From Eledone cirrhosa (taxonomy: Eukaryota): a stretch of DNA of 64,000 bases. The notes beneath the pieces were generated by a model that saw only the letters and a program-made list of their open reading frames with translations, searched no databases and was not told the origin of the DNA. Positions 1-12,435 of this stretch are shown here, piece after piece. Both the position numbers and the translations under genes were made by a program. Location: assembly GCA_964016885.1 (NCBI GenBank), contig OZ024742.1, positions 153,884,001 through 153,948,000 on the forward strand, given 5' to 3'. Numbering within the stretch: position 1 is the first letter of the stretch; each line of letters opens with the position of its first letter.

Positions 1-260
1 CCCAAGCGAGTGCATCTGTGCTTGTGGATGCTATCAAATAATCTCGCTTGAGGTCTACCGTAGGATCTCCTGCCGGTTGGTTTTGCCCATAAAATGTTTC
101 CTCTACAGCGTTTCTACATATCCGTAGGATCTTCGCTATGACCTCTGAATTCTGAGAAGTAGCGGCTCTACCGAGATTAACTTCCTGATCTCCGATTTAT
201 GTATGTTATCTAGTAACATTACTTCAGAGACAAATCGAATGAAACCAATTACGGCCGCTT
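1..260 (-). mobile_element. RTE-clade LINE 3' ORF relic
   Basis: Minus strand reads VEPLLLRIQRS*RRSYGYV, matching the RTE/Expander-type C-terminal motif VEPLLLxIERSQLRWxGH; has stops. Confidence 0.6.
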
Positions 261-3124
261 GTCTTCGCGTAAGACACAATCCCATTATTTGTAAATTACA
301 ATAAAGTACCAGTAATGAACTAGGTAATTGCTGGCATTGTGTCTAAAGTAGAAACAATTATTTGTAAATTACACAGCAAATAATTTTTAAAAACCCTCAT
401 AAAAAAATAACATGTGTTGAAAGCTTAGCCTTTGAGTATATCAAATGAAATCAGTGGAAGGTATTACAGGTTCTCTAAAAAAACAGTGTATCTATTGAAA
501 TTAATTTTGAAGTATGTTAAATATCCACTATATTCCTATTATCTTTTTGAACGTTTCGATTTGAATAAATTATCTCAAATCTATATATGTACATATAAAG
601 AGTGGGTAACCGAGATTGCGTCAATGTGTATATAAGAATAGTTTAATATGTAGACCTATAAACATGCCACAAAATACGAAATTCCGTGTAAATTGAAAAC
701 AATTAATTTTTTAATCGATTTTCAGGCTTACATGCGCTTAATGAGAAGACATGGAAATCATCAAAACACACACAATAAAGGGCGTATTTGGTGAGCTTAC
801 ATACACATTCTTTTGTTGTAGTATTCTGATAGGGTCGTACAAATTTGTACGTAATTATCACTCGTGATGGTACTTATTTAAGATAAATATCAAGAAATGC
901 ACCAGAAAACACGCGTCATTGTTAAAGTTACATCTATATATATATACACAGAGTGAGTTGTCAAGACCACATCAATGTGTCTGCGTGTGTGTGTGTGATA
1001 GTATGCCTCTGTATGTATGCGTGTTATGGATTTTATGACACTTTATTGGAAACATTATTAATTTTCTATATAACACATATTTCCACCTATAATCGCATAC
1101 CGAGTACCAATCTTAGATTTTCAGCATACGCTTACGTCTCTGTTTATTTATTTGTTTGCAATGCAATACTGAAATTTCTGTTGTTATAAATACTTTCTTT
1201 TAAGATGATATATGTAATATTTTATTTCTCGTATATTTATTTTAATCATGCTCCCCGCAGATAGTTGTATTCGGGAAATATATTTTATTCATACCTGACA
1301 TATCTGACAATTTCCATTAAAATAAAATTCCTACTGATTATAAAATTATCTCAATTCTTGATCTCGTTCATTTAATTATTATTCATATTTATAGCTACTT
1401 TATTTTTTTTCTTTCCTACTTTTGTTTGAATCGTTCAATTCTTCAAAATCAATTTACTACTTTGCAAAATATTTTTAGAAGCTTTAAAATCTTAAAAAAA
1501 AACAAAAAAGACGAATACATATAACATTCTAGCGTCGTTTGAAGCAAAATTTCAATGATTTTTAAATATTTATTTTCCCCTAATTTATTAAGAATGTAAA
1601 GGAAATAGAAAGCAAATCCGAAATACAAACTAAAAAAACACATCTCAATTAAATTGCAGTATTTACGTATGATGAGAGAAGTGTCGTGTAAAGCTGCCGC
1701 ATAACCGAGCCTGGTACAAAAGTTCAATACCTAATGTTCATATCTCGTTTAATATTTTCAGTAATGAGAATAGAACAGATTATCATTAACAATGGCAGAA
1801 CACAATTGTATGTTTCGGAGCTAGAAATATTTGGAAAGGGATTAGATCTGAGAGCGTGGGATGAATCAATTATTGCGTACAAGAATCCTGTCAGCCAAAC
1901 AAAAAACACACAAATTATGTTAAAGTAACAGTACAGAAATAATTATTAGAGTAGTATTATATTGTACTTTAGTATGACATACACTGTTATATTCACTATT
2001 ATTATATTTATATTATTTTCCAATGAAATAAAAACGGTGATAAGGTACTGTATTCAGATACGCAAGAATGAATTTTGTTACACGTTACAACAAATTACTT
2101 CTTATATATACTTTTTAATTTCGTGGGGGTGTATTCCAGGTCAATTAACATTAAAATCTAACAGCAAATCTATAGTTTGTTTTTTAGTAGTCATCCCCAA
2201 AATAATTATTAAGTACTATTCAGTTAGCAAATTTTGGTTTTTGAAATAGGATATTTTACATCCATGTCAGTCCCATTGACAGTTTTAATTGCGTAATTGA
2301 AATGAATATCTTCATGACGAATTAAATAAAAAAAACAAAAAAAAAACATACCCTATGTGTCCAAAGGCAAATGTGTTATTATTTTCTTTTAAATGCTTTG
2401 GGTGAAAAATGAAACCGTATCGTTTTCTCTGCTTCGGATTAAATTAAGCATTTATCGATATAATAACGAGAAAATGGATTATCTTTATTTATTTATTTAT
2501 TTTTTACAAAATAAAACATACGTAGTTTATATGTGAAGGAGAACGGGAATTGGATAACGCAAACCTTCTCTGAGGCAATAGTAGTGGCTTAATTAAACGA
2601 TGATTGCTTTGACTGAATTAATACATTTCTTACACAACAGAACGTGCCATACTTCAAATTTTCATCGTATTCATTGTTAATTCAGTTATTCCTTTTTTGT
2701 CGTATTTGTCAATCAATACGTAAAGAGATTCAACCGATTCTAGATATAATTTTTGAATAAATAACGGTTTGAATGTAAGGCAAAAATGAATTATCACTAA
2801 AAATAATTACGTACCTCTTCAGATTAATAAATTAATGTTGGTGCATCTATGTAAATGCTTAATCTTCGATAAATAGTCGCCAAATCGTCTTCTGATCTGT
2901 ATATGAAAAAGTCAAAATACGGGTTTGTTTGGGGAGCAAATCAGATTTGTAATAGGATTGAATATTATTATATTCAATTGCGGCACATTACGTTAAGCAG
3001 AGAATTAAGTGGTTGCTAATAAAATTGATGAAGTTAATCAAGTAATAATAATGGCTTCTAGTATAGGCACAAGGCCATCAATTTTTGGGGAGGGGGAAGT
3101 CGATTAAATCGACCCCAGTACGTT

Positions 3125-4184
3125 AAATTTAGCTCTTTTTACCTCTTTCATTGTAACCGGAATTAATCATTTAAATAAAGTTATGATTCATTAGTAAGAA
3201 GCTAATTTTAATATATTATTATTATACCAGTAATGCACTGGATAATTGATGGCCTTGTGCCAAACGTAGAAACAATTATTATTACGGACGCCATGCTTTC
3301 CAGCATAGTTACGTCCCTTTACGGTCTTAGTTCAAATGCCGTCGAAGTTAACTTTGCCTTTCATCCTTACGGGGTCGATAAAATAAAGTACCAGTGATGC
3401 ACTGGGTAATTGCTGGCCTTGTGCCAAATGTAGAAGCAATTATTATAAGTTACGTCCCTTTACGGTCTTAGTTCAAATCCCGTCGAGAGTAACTTTGCCT
3501 TTCTTCCTTACGGGGTCGATAAAATAGAGTACCAGTAATGCACTGGTAAATTGCTAGCCTTGTTCCAAATGTAGAAATAATTATTAATTGGATTGGCAGT
3601 ATCGGTAGAGGTTCGGACGCCATGCTTTGCAGCATAGAGTTACGGCCTTTATGATCTGAGTTCAAATCCCGTCGAGGTTAACTTTGCTTTTCGTCCTCAC
3701 TGGGTCGATAAAATAAAGTTGGTACGTTAACTCTAGGCTGCAAAGAATGGCGTCCGAACCTCTAGCGATACTGCCAATCCTAATAATAATTATTTCTACA
3801 TTTGGAACAAAGCTAGCAATTAACCAGTACATTACTGGTACTCTATTTTATCCACCCGTAAGGAAGAAAGGCAAAGTTACTCTCGACGGGATTTGAACTA
3901 AGACCGTAAAGGGACGTAACTAATAATAATTGTTTCTACATTTGGCACAAGCCCAGCAATTACCCAGTGCATCACTGGTACTTTATTTTATCGACCCCGT
4001 AAGGATGAAAGGCAAAGTTAACTTCGACGGGATTTGAACTCAGACCGTAAAAGGACGTAACTGTGCTGGAAAGCATGGCGTCCGTAATAATAATATGTTA
4101 AAATTAGCTTCTTACTAATGAATCATAACTTTATTTAAATGATTAATTCCGGTTACAATGAAAGAGGTAAAAAGAGCTAAATTT
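3125..4184. repeat. ~0.5 kb-arm inverted duplication containing stacked SINEs
   Basis: 3125-3223 is the reverse complement of 4088-4184; SINE pieces at 3284-3635 are mirrored at 3735-4087. Confidence 0.85.
3224..3720 (+). mobile_element. Head-to-tail cluster of tRNA-derived SINE copies and fragments
   Basis: Repeated GTTCAAATCCC (B box), CTTTGCCTTTCATCCTTACGGGGTCGATAAAATAAAGTACCAG core, and GGCCTTGTGCCAAA..GTAGAAACAATTATT tail. Confidence 0.85.
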
Positions 4185-4921
4185 GACAGTGCAAGGATAA
4201 CTCTAGTTGATATATTTGTCTTATAAAAACTCACCAGCTAAGAATAATATAACAGTCAATCTAACGTCGTAGAACATTAGACGGCAGTATTTTGCTGCAC
4301 AAGTGAATATGGAATATCGTAGTAATTTTATTTTTTTATTTTTTTTTTTTTTTAATAAAATAATATAATAAACACAATTTATTTTTTGGGCTAACTCAGC
4401 AAAATTAGTGCATGGCTGTGTCTGCTATGAAATGTATTCAAAGTTTCCAGTTGTTGTCATCCTGTTTCTTCTACAACAAATACAACGGTACGCGATGGGG
4501 CCTACCCACAGCCCCGGTGGACAGAATAGAGAAGGAATATGAATACGAGAAATAATCAGGTTTGCCTGATGTGTCAAAATGTAATGGTAAAGTAGTTCAA
4601 CGACCGACATTTCATACAATCTCTAATACTAAATTATGAAATTCAATGTTACGTGAGCAATGAATTTGAAAGAAATGATTTGGCTAGAAGCGGTCACTGC
4701 AATCTTTCAAATGTACAAACAAAATACAAACAAACATGATAAAAGTAAAACAAATATCATCATATTCAGACATAAAACAATTTACAATTTCAGTATGTGA
4801 TATTTATTTCAGCGTATTTTTCTATCCCGCTTATACATTTGGAAAAGAATTAAATAAATTATTTCACATATATCACCTTCAAATTCAATTTATTTATCCA
4901 TCCACCCATCCGTCGATCTAA

Positions 4922-4977
<56 letters not shown>

Positions 4978-4985
4978 GAATCTAA

Positions 4986-5069
<84 letters not shown>

Positions 5070-5115
5070 TTCTCTCTCTCCCTCTCTCTCTCTCCCTATC
5101 ATATCTCGTTTTTAA

Positions 5116-5146
<31 letters not shown>

Positions 5147-5170
5147 TATATGTGTGTGTGTGTGTGTGTA
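4922..5170. repeat. Compound microsatellite (CTAT)n-(CT)n-(TA)n-(TG)n
   Basis: Directly visible. Confidence 0.95.
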
Positions 5171-5614
5171 TCCGAATGTTTGTATAAAGACCTCATTCTT
5201 ATATAAACTAAGCGTGTAAAATTCTGGATATAAACATCTTGGACATTTTCAATTCAATAAAACATTTCCAAAAGTTTATAATTAGCGAAAGTCATGTAAA
5301 TTGGTAATTTCCAAAACTTTGCTTGTCTACCGTTTCAGTGCGGAACTAAGAGGAACTGTAGTGAATAGAAACTATTAGTAGAGTAGATGGCAGCCATAGA
5401 AATCAAATGAGACGCGTGTTGGTAACGAGAGCAATATAATGGAAATTTACCTGCTACTAAATTCATTAATTATAGAAATCTTACAGTAAATTCAGTTCTA
5501 TATACTCACTGTATCGTACATACACGGGCCGCCACAATGACAATGACACCGGCGGAAAAACGTGCAAATGTTGACATGTAACTTTTAACACACACACATA
5601 TATATATATATATA

Positions 5615-5646
<32 letters not shown>

Positions 5647-5997
5647 CATGTATGAATGTGTGTGTGTGAATGCATGTTTGAGTGACTATATATGTGTGTG
5701 CAACAGTGCGTTTGAACACTTTTGTATTTCTATCTGTGTTTATATCCAGTAACTTAGCGGTTCAAATAAATTAGGTTTGTGTTGCAACAGGTCCGGTGTC
5801 TGCTGATGACTTAATTTAGTAATGATGTGAAAAAAAAACAAACAAAAGAAAGTACGCACACAAACATAGGTGTATATAAATACATATATTCACAAACACA
5901 CACAGACATATATATATATTTATAAAAAGGAAAAGAATGACTTGACTTGTAGTTCTAAACAATTTGATTTAATTTTATAATATTACAAACATATATA

Positions 5998-6091
<94 letters not shown>

Positions 6092-6399
6092 ATATACACA
6101 AAAGTCGTAATTCCGCAACAGATATCAGGAATGTGTCTCGGGTTCTACTCCCGTAAGAGAGGTGCATCCTCTTGAACTGGTTAGAATACTTTGCTGATCT
6201 CCTAAAACCAGTCGCAACAGCATATCTTTACATATCGGTGTTGCATCTATAACCAGCGATTAAGAACAAATAGTCTGAGGTTATAATAGTTGTCAAATAG
6301 CTGAAATGTCTCAAGGCCTTTGTGTAGGATGAAATTTGACTCGGGATGATACAATTCTTATATTCATGTGTTACACTGTGGCTGACTTGTAAGAGTTTA

Positions 6400-6533
6400 A
6401 CTTCTTCCTTTGGTCGTCAGAAGAAGGGAGCAAGATCTAAAAGCTAAATTCGCTCTTGCCAAATCGGTATTCTTGTCAACACTTAGCTATGGTAACAAGT
6501 CTTGGGTAATGAAGGAAAAACACGATTTCGAAT

Positions 6534-6535
<2 letters not shown>
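6400..6535 (+). mobile_element. RTE-clade LINE RT C-terminal fragment
   Basis: VVRRREQDLKAKFALAKSVFLSTLSYGNKSWVMKEK resembles RTE VVxKRELSxKAKLxIYxSIxxPTLTYGxExWVMTE. Confidence 0.65.
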
Positions 6536-6562
<27 letters not shown>

Positions 6563-6567
<5 letters not shown>

Positions 6568-6755
6568 AACGAGTAGGAACCCGACGGCTGAGCTCAAGCC
6601 GTTTCGACGGCTAATTCTGGACTGAATTAGCCGTCGATACGGCTTGAGCTCAGCCGTCGGGGTCCTACTCGTTCCTATTACCCACTCTACTACCCTAAGT
6701 ATTGAGTACTTTGGTGTGTTATGGTCCACCTGGTTCCTTACCACATGTCCTTCGT
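6563..6755. mobile_element. Small fold-back element with 3' half of a hammerhead motif, inserted in (TA)n
   Basis: Near-perfect 55-bp inverted arms at 6563-6617 and 6624-6678; the left arm read on minus gives GAAA-CGGCT-TGAGCTC-AGCCG-TC; (TA)n on both flanks. Confidence 0.6.
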
Positions 6756-6945
6756 TATATATATATATATATATATGTAAAAGTTCTATTTAAATTGTTG
6801 GGATGCAACAGGGAAATATTTTTATAACTGATATAAAGCACTCAACAAATAATTGGAGTAAAAATACGATATTAACAAATGGAAACTATATTTATAAAAC
6901 CATATTTATTTCATTATACATATTTCACGGACACCAAGTTAAATT

Positions 6946-7540
6946 ATGGTTGCTAAACTATTTTTTAAAGCTCTTGACAAATGCTTCCATGGAACACATA
7001 GATATTACTCAATTTTTAATAGACATACTATAAAATTAACTTATTCATCCACCAAAAATTTAGCGCAAAATATTAATAGAATTAATAATAGAAATTTAAA
7101 ACCTGACCAAAATACCACTAATAACCCAAGAAATATCAAATTTGATAAATGCAACTGTAGAAATAAATCTAACTGTCCGTTAAATAACAATTGCTTAGCT
7201 AAAAATATAGTATATAATTGTAATGTAAAAACTAATTTAAATACATTTAATTATGTGGGATCCACTTCCACAGAGTTTAAATCCCGTTTCAATAATCATA
7301 AAAATTATTTTACAAATCCAAACGAAAAATCTTCAATTTCTCTATCTAGCTTATTATGGAACCTCAAATTAAAGAACGTTAAATATTCGTTGCTTTGGAA
7401 TATTATTTCAAAAGCTACTCCTTTTAACTCCTCTTCTGAAAAATTGTGATCTTTGTATACAGGAAATTTTCTTTATATCAAAGACCAAAAATTCCCTGAA
7501 CCTAAGGAACAATTTATTCAGTTGCTGCAGACATAGATAG
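6946..7540 (+). pseudogene. PLE GIY-YIG endonuclease domain (Hydra-like), frameshifted near 7440
   Basis: IFNRHTIKLTYS, CNCRNKSNCPL (CxCx5C), IVYNC..YVGST, FKSRFNNH; after a frameshift, CDLCIQE..LN..CCRH. Confidence 0.85.
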
Positions 7541-9264
7541 ATTTCAACGTTTACATATAAATTTAAAATGTAATATATAATTAATTAATCCTATTAATAT
7601 ATTGAACCTATCGATAAATCATTAGATTCCTTCATTTTGACTGCTTAAACTCTCAAATAAAAACAACTTGTCTTCCTAAATATTAAAAAAAAAACTCTTC
7701 TAGAGAGACATACTGAAAGATCTTAAAGGGGGAACATATTATTTGATAGTTTCTCCTATTTTTGCGAAGTTTCCCTTTTGAAAGTTTCTTTTTCTTTCTT
7801 TTATCGATATAAAATTAAGTTAAATATACGAATAAAATGTTTATACTAAATCTATTATACATATTATTATTTTAAAATTATAACTTGAAATATTCTATAA
7901 TATTTTAAAAATTATATTGATTTAAAGTTATATTGCTTATAATTATATTTCCAAATCGTAATATAATTCTTTTTTTATTTTATTTATTTTTTATTTTATT
8001 TGTTTTGATTTTATTTTATTTTATTTCATTTCAAAATTTCATTTCAAAATTTTATTTTATTTTATTTTATTTTATTTTATTTTATATTATATATATTATG
8101 TACTTCAATTATACGATGTACTGTAATTATATATCTTTCTCTCTGTGTGTATATATATATATATGTTTATATGCATGTATATATATGTATGTGTCTGTAT
8201 GTATGTATATATATGTATGTGATGCATATCTACCCATATATGTAGGTACGTCTATGTGTATATATGTGAGAATTGTGTGTATATATATATATATATATAT
8301 GTATAAGAATACAATTCGATTGCACTCGGTTATAAGGATTCTCTTAAGGTTCGTGATAAATAAACCTATATAATAACAGTCACAACTACATTACAGGTAA
8401 ATTTATTAGATATGTAACTTATATATATATAAAATGTGTATAATAACATAAAGTGTGTATAACATAAAATGTCCTTTAATATCTTAACAATTGTAACACT
8501 TATATAACTAAATAACGTACTTTCCTTCACGCTGCTTTAATATTACATAGAAATGATTTTCTCTGTTTTTTCTAAGATTTTCTATGTAAAATCTATAAGT
8601 TTATGAACATTCCTAATCTTAAATTAAAAAATCGTTTATACTTTGTATTTATATCTTATGGATGTAGATGTATATGTATGTGTTTGAATGTATATATATT
8701 TATATGTATATATATCTGTATGTGCGTATGTATATATATGAATATATTCTTTTAATAATATATAGATTTTTTTAATAATATATATTATTAATAATGATAT
8801 ATATATTTCTTAATATATAGATCTCATTTTTTAATGTATAGATCTCAATAATTTAAATGATAAACTAAACATTTAATCATATTTAAACAATGGTTAACAT
8901 TCTCATATTATGTATGTATTTTCCATTCAAGCTTATTTACATTTCTCTATTCATCCATAACAAATAAATATTTCTTCTTTCATTTCATCTCAAATGTTAA
9001 GATAACTCAACAACCTATCACTTAGAGCTTTCGCTTTCTCTTCTCTCTCTCCTTCTCTCTCTTTTTTCTCTCTTTTTCTCTCTCTTGTTCTGCTCTCTCT
9101 CTCCCTCTTTCTCCGTAACCCAACGGCTTATTTAAAAATATCCAATACAAATTTACATAATATTATAAATAAAGTTATAACCCCACTATCCGGGAGCTTC
9201 CAACAGTAATGGTTGCATTCTTTAAGGGTATGTCAATATTTATTTATAAAACTGCTCTATATTA

Positions 9265-9329
9265 TATTTTATCTGATGAAAGCACACCATAATTTAACTT
9301 GGTGTCCTTGAAATATGTATAATGGAATA
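9265..9329 (+). ncRNA. Minimal type I hammerhead ribozyme
   Basis: Stem I TATTTTAT/ATGGAATA; core CTGATGA; stem II AAG-ACACC/GGTGT-CTT; GAAA; near-palindromic ATATGTAT; cleavage triplet ending at 9321. Confidence 0.75.
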
Positions 9330-9406
9330 AATATGGTTTTATAAATATAGTTTCCATTTGTTAATATGGTATATATATATATTTATTTATATATATATTT
9401 TTTTTT

Positions 9407-10216
9407 TTTCTCAACCTGTTAGTTCTTTCGTTACTTTGGTATTGTGTGTTAGATTTTGCCTAACACAATGTTCCATTTTTTGTCAAGCTATTTACACGTA
9501 TGTTATTACTCTAATGACCTACCTTGTTGATTGCTTTGCTAACTCATTCACATAGCCGGTCGAATTTGCTTGCACACCGTCAAAGATTCGATTTTACTAA
9601 GCATCCAATTATATTATTTTCTCCTAGATTTAAAAATTAACTAATTAATTTAATTAGACAATTCTGTTGATTGGTTAATTATTTGTGTTTGTTTAATAAC
9701 ATTTGGTCGAGAGCTTATTCTGAAAGTTAGCGGAAATTATAATATTTCCTTTGTCTAACATCTTGAATGACCCGCCAAAAACCGGGGGTTATTTCCCTTG
9801 CTGGAAATAACACGTGACAGCTAAATATACGATTCGCTGCTGCGAGCCGCCACAGTTAGCATCTCGCCCCGTTCTTTGGTAGAACGAAAACCTGTTGATG
9901 AATTGAATCCTCTGTTCGATCAGGAATACCACGCGCTTGCCAGTTACGTAAGTCTGATATTTGATTTCGGATTCATAGAAACACTTTAAACGTATAACGT
10001 TTGATTTGTCCAGGTGTATTTTTCTCAACCTGTTAGTTCTTTCATTACTTTGTTATTGTGTGTTAGATTTTGCCTACCACAATGTTCAATTTGTCAAGCT
10101 ATTTAAACGTATGTTATTACTCTAAGGACCTACCCTGTAGAATGCCTTGCTAACTCATTCATATAGTGGGTCGAATTTGGTTGCACACCGCCAAAGATTC
10201 AATTTTACTAAGCATT
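9407..10216. mobile_element. Non-coding partial-tandem element (period 614 bp, ~200-bp direct repeats) between (TA)n tracts
   Basis: 9407-9605 is repeated with divergence at 10021-10216; TA-rich flanks. Confidence 0.65.
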
Positions 10217-10218
10217 CA

Positions 10219-10301
<83 letters not shown>

Positions 10302-10341
10302 TGGTGTGTGTGTTTGTATGTGCATGTGTGTGCGTTTGTGT

Positions 10342-10378
<37 letters not shown>

Positions 10379-10935
10379 CGTGTGTGTGTGAGTGTGGGTG
10401 TGTGTGTGTGTGTGTGTAAGCAAAATTAATTCTAACATCGAGTTTTGAAACGCGAGTCTATTAGAACTCGTAGGGAAATGGAACAACTCGGCGTAAGGAA
10501 AGTGTTAAAACAGTAAAATGCTGTCGAAGTTGTGTTGGCTAAAACCTTACACCGAAGGACAGAAATCAGCGACTGATAGGAAAGAACAAATAGAATGGAT
10601 GAGAAGAGATCACAAAAAATAAAATATACTCATCAGATTTCAGACGACCTGCAGTTTTAACGATTTACCTGAAATTACTGCGAAGAATAGGTGGCTCGTA
10701 ACCAAACAATAATTGATTTCCGAACGTTTCTAGCAATACATTAAGACAACCCCCCCCCCCCCCCCCCCCGCACGCACACAAACCTTGTATTGATTTTTTC
10801 AGAATCTATTAAACAACATAATTCAAAATACATTTGGGGGAAACATTAACATTTTATTAAAGATTAAACACGCAATTACATATTTTTAGTGAATAGAATG
10901 CATGGACTAAACATTTATTGGCTAAGATGTTAACC

Positions 10936-12080
10936 ATGGATTATCTTCCGATGTCCTTCAAATATATCCCAGTTTCGGAAAACAAGATATATTTGAAATA
11001 CTTTATTAATTGTATTAATTCATTTATCCGAGATGTTCGATGGAAGAATTTCTTTTTATACGGTGAAAGAAGAATACAACGAATACAGCAATAACAATTC
11101 TAAACCATATAAATTTGTATTTAACACGTATAAGTACTCACCTCGTAATGTGAGAATTGATAAAATGATTTGTTTCATATGATAAGAAATATAAAATTAG
11201 AAAAGCCTACTATGTATTATAACTCATTATTGAAACCACTTAATACAACAATTAACTATTTAAAAAACTGACAAAATACATGTAAATGCTGAAGAAAACA
11301 AAAATGTATTTATTATGGACTGTAATTCATATAATTCTTTCATCTAACGAACTTAATACAATCTATACAAAAAACTTAACGGAAGTGAATAGGCAGAACG
11401 AACATTTTGTAAAACAATCGAATTTAGAAAAAAAACACTGAAACTTAAATTCCTAAGCCTCCTAGATTTAACATTAAAGAAAATAACAATATTTTATGAG
11501 TAACCCATCTATTTGATTAATATGCCCTTCAACCCCAGATATAAGAATAATTAGTATAAATATACTCGATAGAATCATTCCTACTATCAAACAAAAAACT
11601 ACATTTAACTTATGAGGAAATACCAATGAAGTTATTGATTGGTTTATTAAATTAGATTATAAGAATAATGTGAAATGTTTGCTATTCGATATTGATAATT
11701 ATTATGCTTCTACTTCTCCCACCCTCCTTGATGATGCATTGTTTATGGCTTCATAATTTACAAATATTACCAACGTGGAAATTGACAATGTCTTAGCAGA
11801 TAGACGTACTATTATTGAAATTGATGGTAGTTGTTTTGGAATAGAAACAAACGTCCAAATATTTTGTTTTTTTAATTTTAGCCAGCAAAGCTATATTCAC
11901 ACAAAAGGCTAAATATTATAATGACACTCTTACAGGATCAGAGTATAATGAGGAAATACAATTTAAGTTAGCTAATAATTGGATTTCTAGATATAAATGT
12001 ATTTGTAAGTCTACTCATGATAAAAGAAAACTCAATATCAATATCAATAAAATAAAAATACCGTTAAACCAAGTAGAAAC
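10936..12080 (+). pseudogene. Heavily decayed Hydra-like PLE reverse transcriptase with internal deletion
   Basis: MSFKYIP..FIRDVRWKNFF, NTNEVIDWF, LLFDIDNYYAS; many stops and frameshifts. Confidence 0.7.
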
Positions 12081-12092
12081 AACAATATTAAT

Positions 12093-12287
12093 TATAATAA
12101 TTGTTTCTACTTTTGGCACAAGGCCAGCAATTACCCAGTGCATTACTGGTACTTTATTTTATCGACCCGTAAGGTTGAAAGGCAAAGTTAACTTCGGAGG
12201 GATTTGAAATCAGATCATAAAGGGACGTAACTCTATGCTTCAAAGCATGGTGTCCGACTCTCTACCGATACTGCCAATCCACTGCCC
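12093..12287 (-). mobile_element. Full-length tRNA-derived SINE with TSD
   Basis: A-box/B-box head and family core on minus; CAATATTAATTATAATAA duplicated at both ends. Confidence 0.85.
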
Positions 12288-12329
12288 AATATTAATTATA
12301 ATAATAATTGTATAATAGTAGTAATAGTA

Positions 12330-12435
12330 ATAACTGTTTCTACTTTTGGCACAAGGCCATCAATTATCTCAGTGCATTACTGGTACTTTATTTTATCGAC
12401 CCTGTAAGGATGAAAGGCAAAGTCAACCTCGGCAG
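12330..12435 (-). mobile_element. 5'-truncated SINE
   Basis: Family core and tail only. Confidence 0.8.

Larger units (their letters stand above)
6778..9367 (+). mobile_element. 5'-truncated Hydra-like PLE with inverted 5' pLTR piece
   Basis: GIY-YIG ORF 6946-7540, long AT-rich 3' region, HHR at 9265-9329; 6869-6950 is the reverse complement of 9286-9367; (TA)n on both flanks. Confidence 0.8.

Noticed and set aside
4425-4619. GC-richer island as a possible host exon
   Set aside because: No recognisable protein in any frame.
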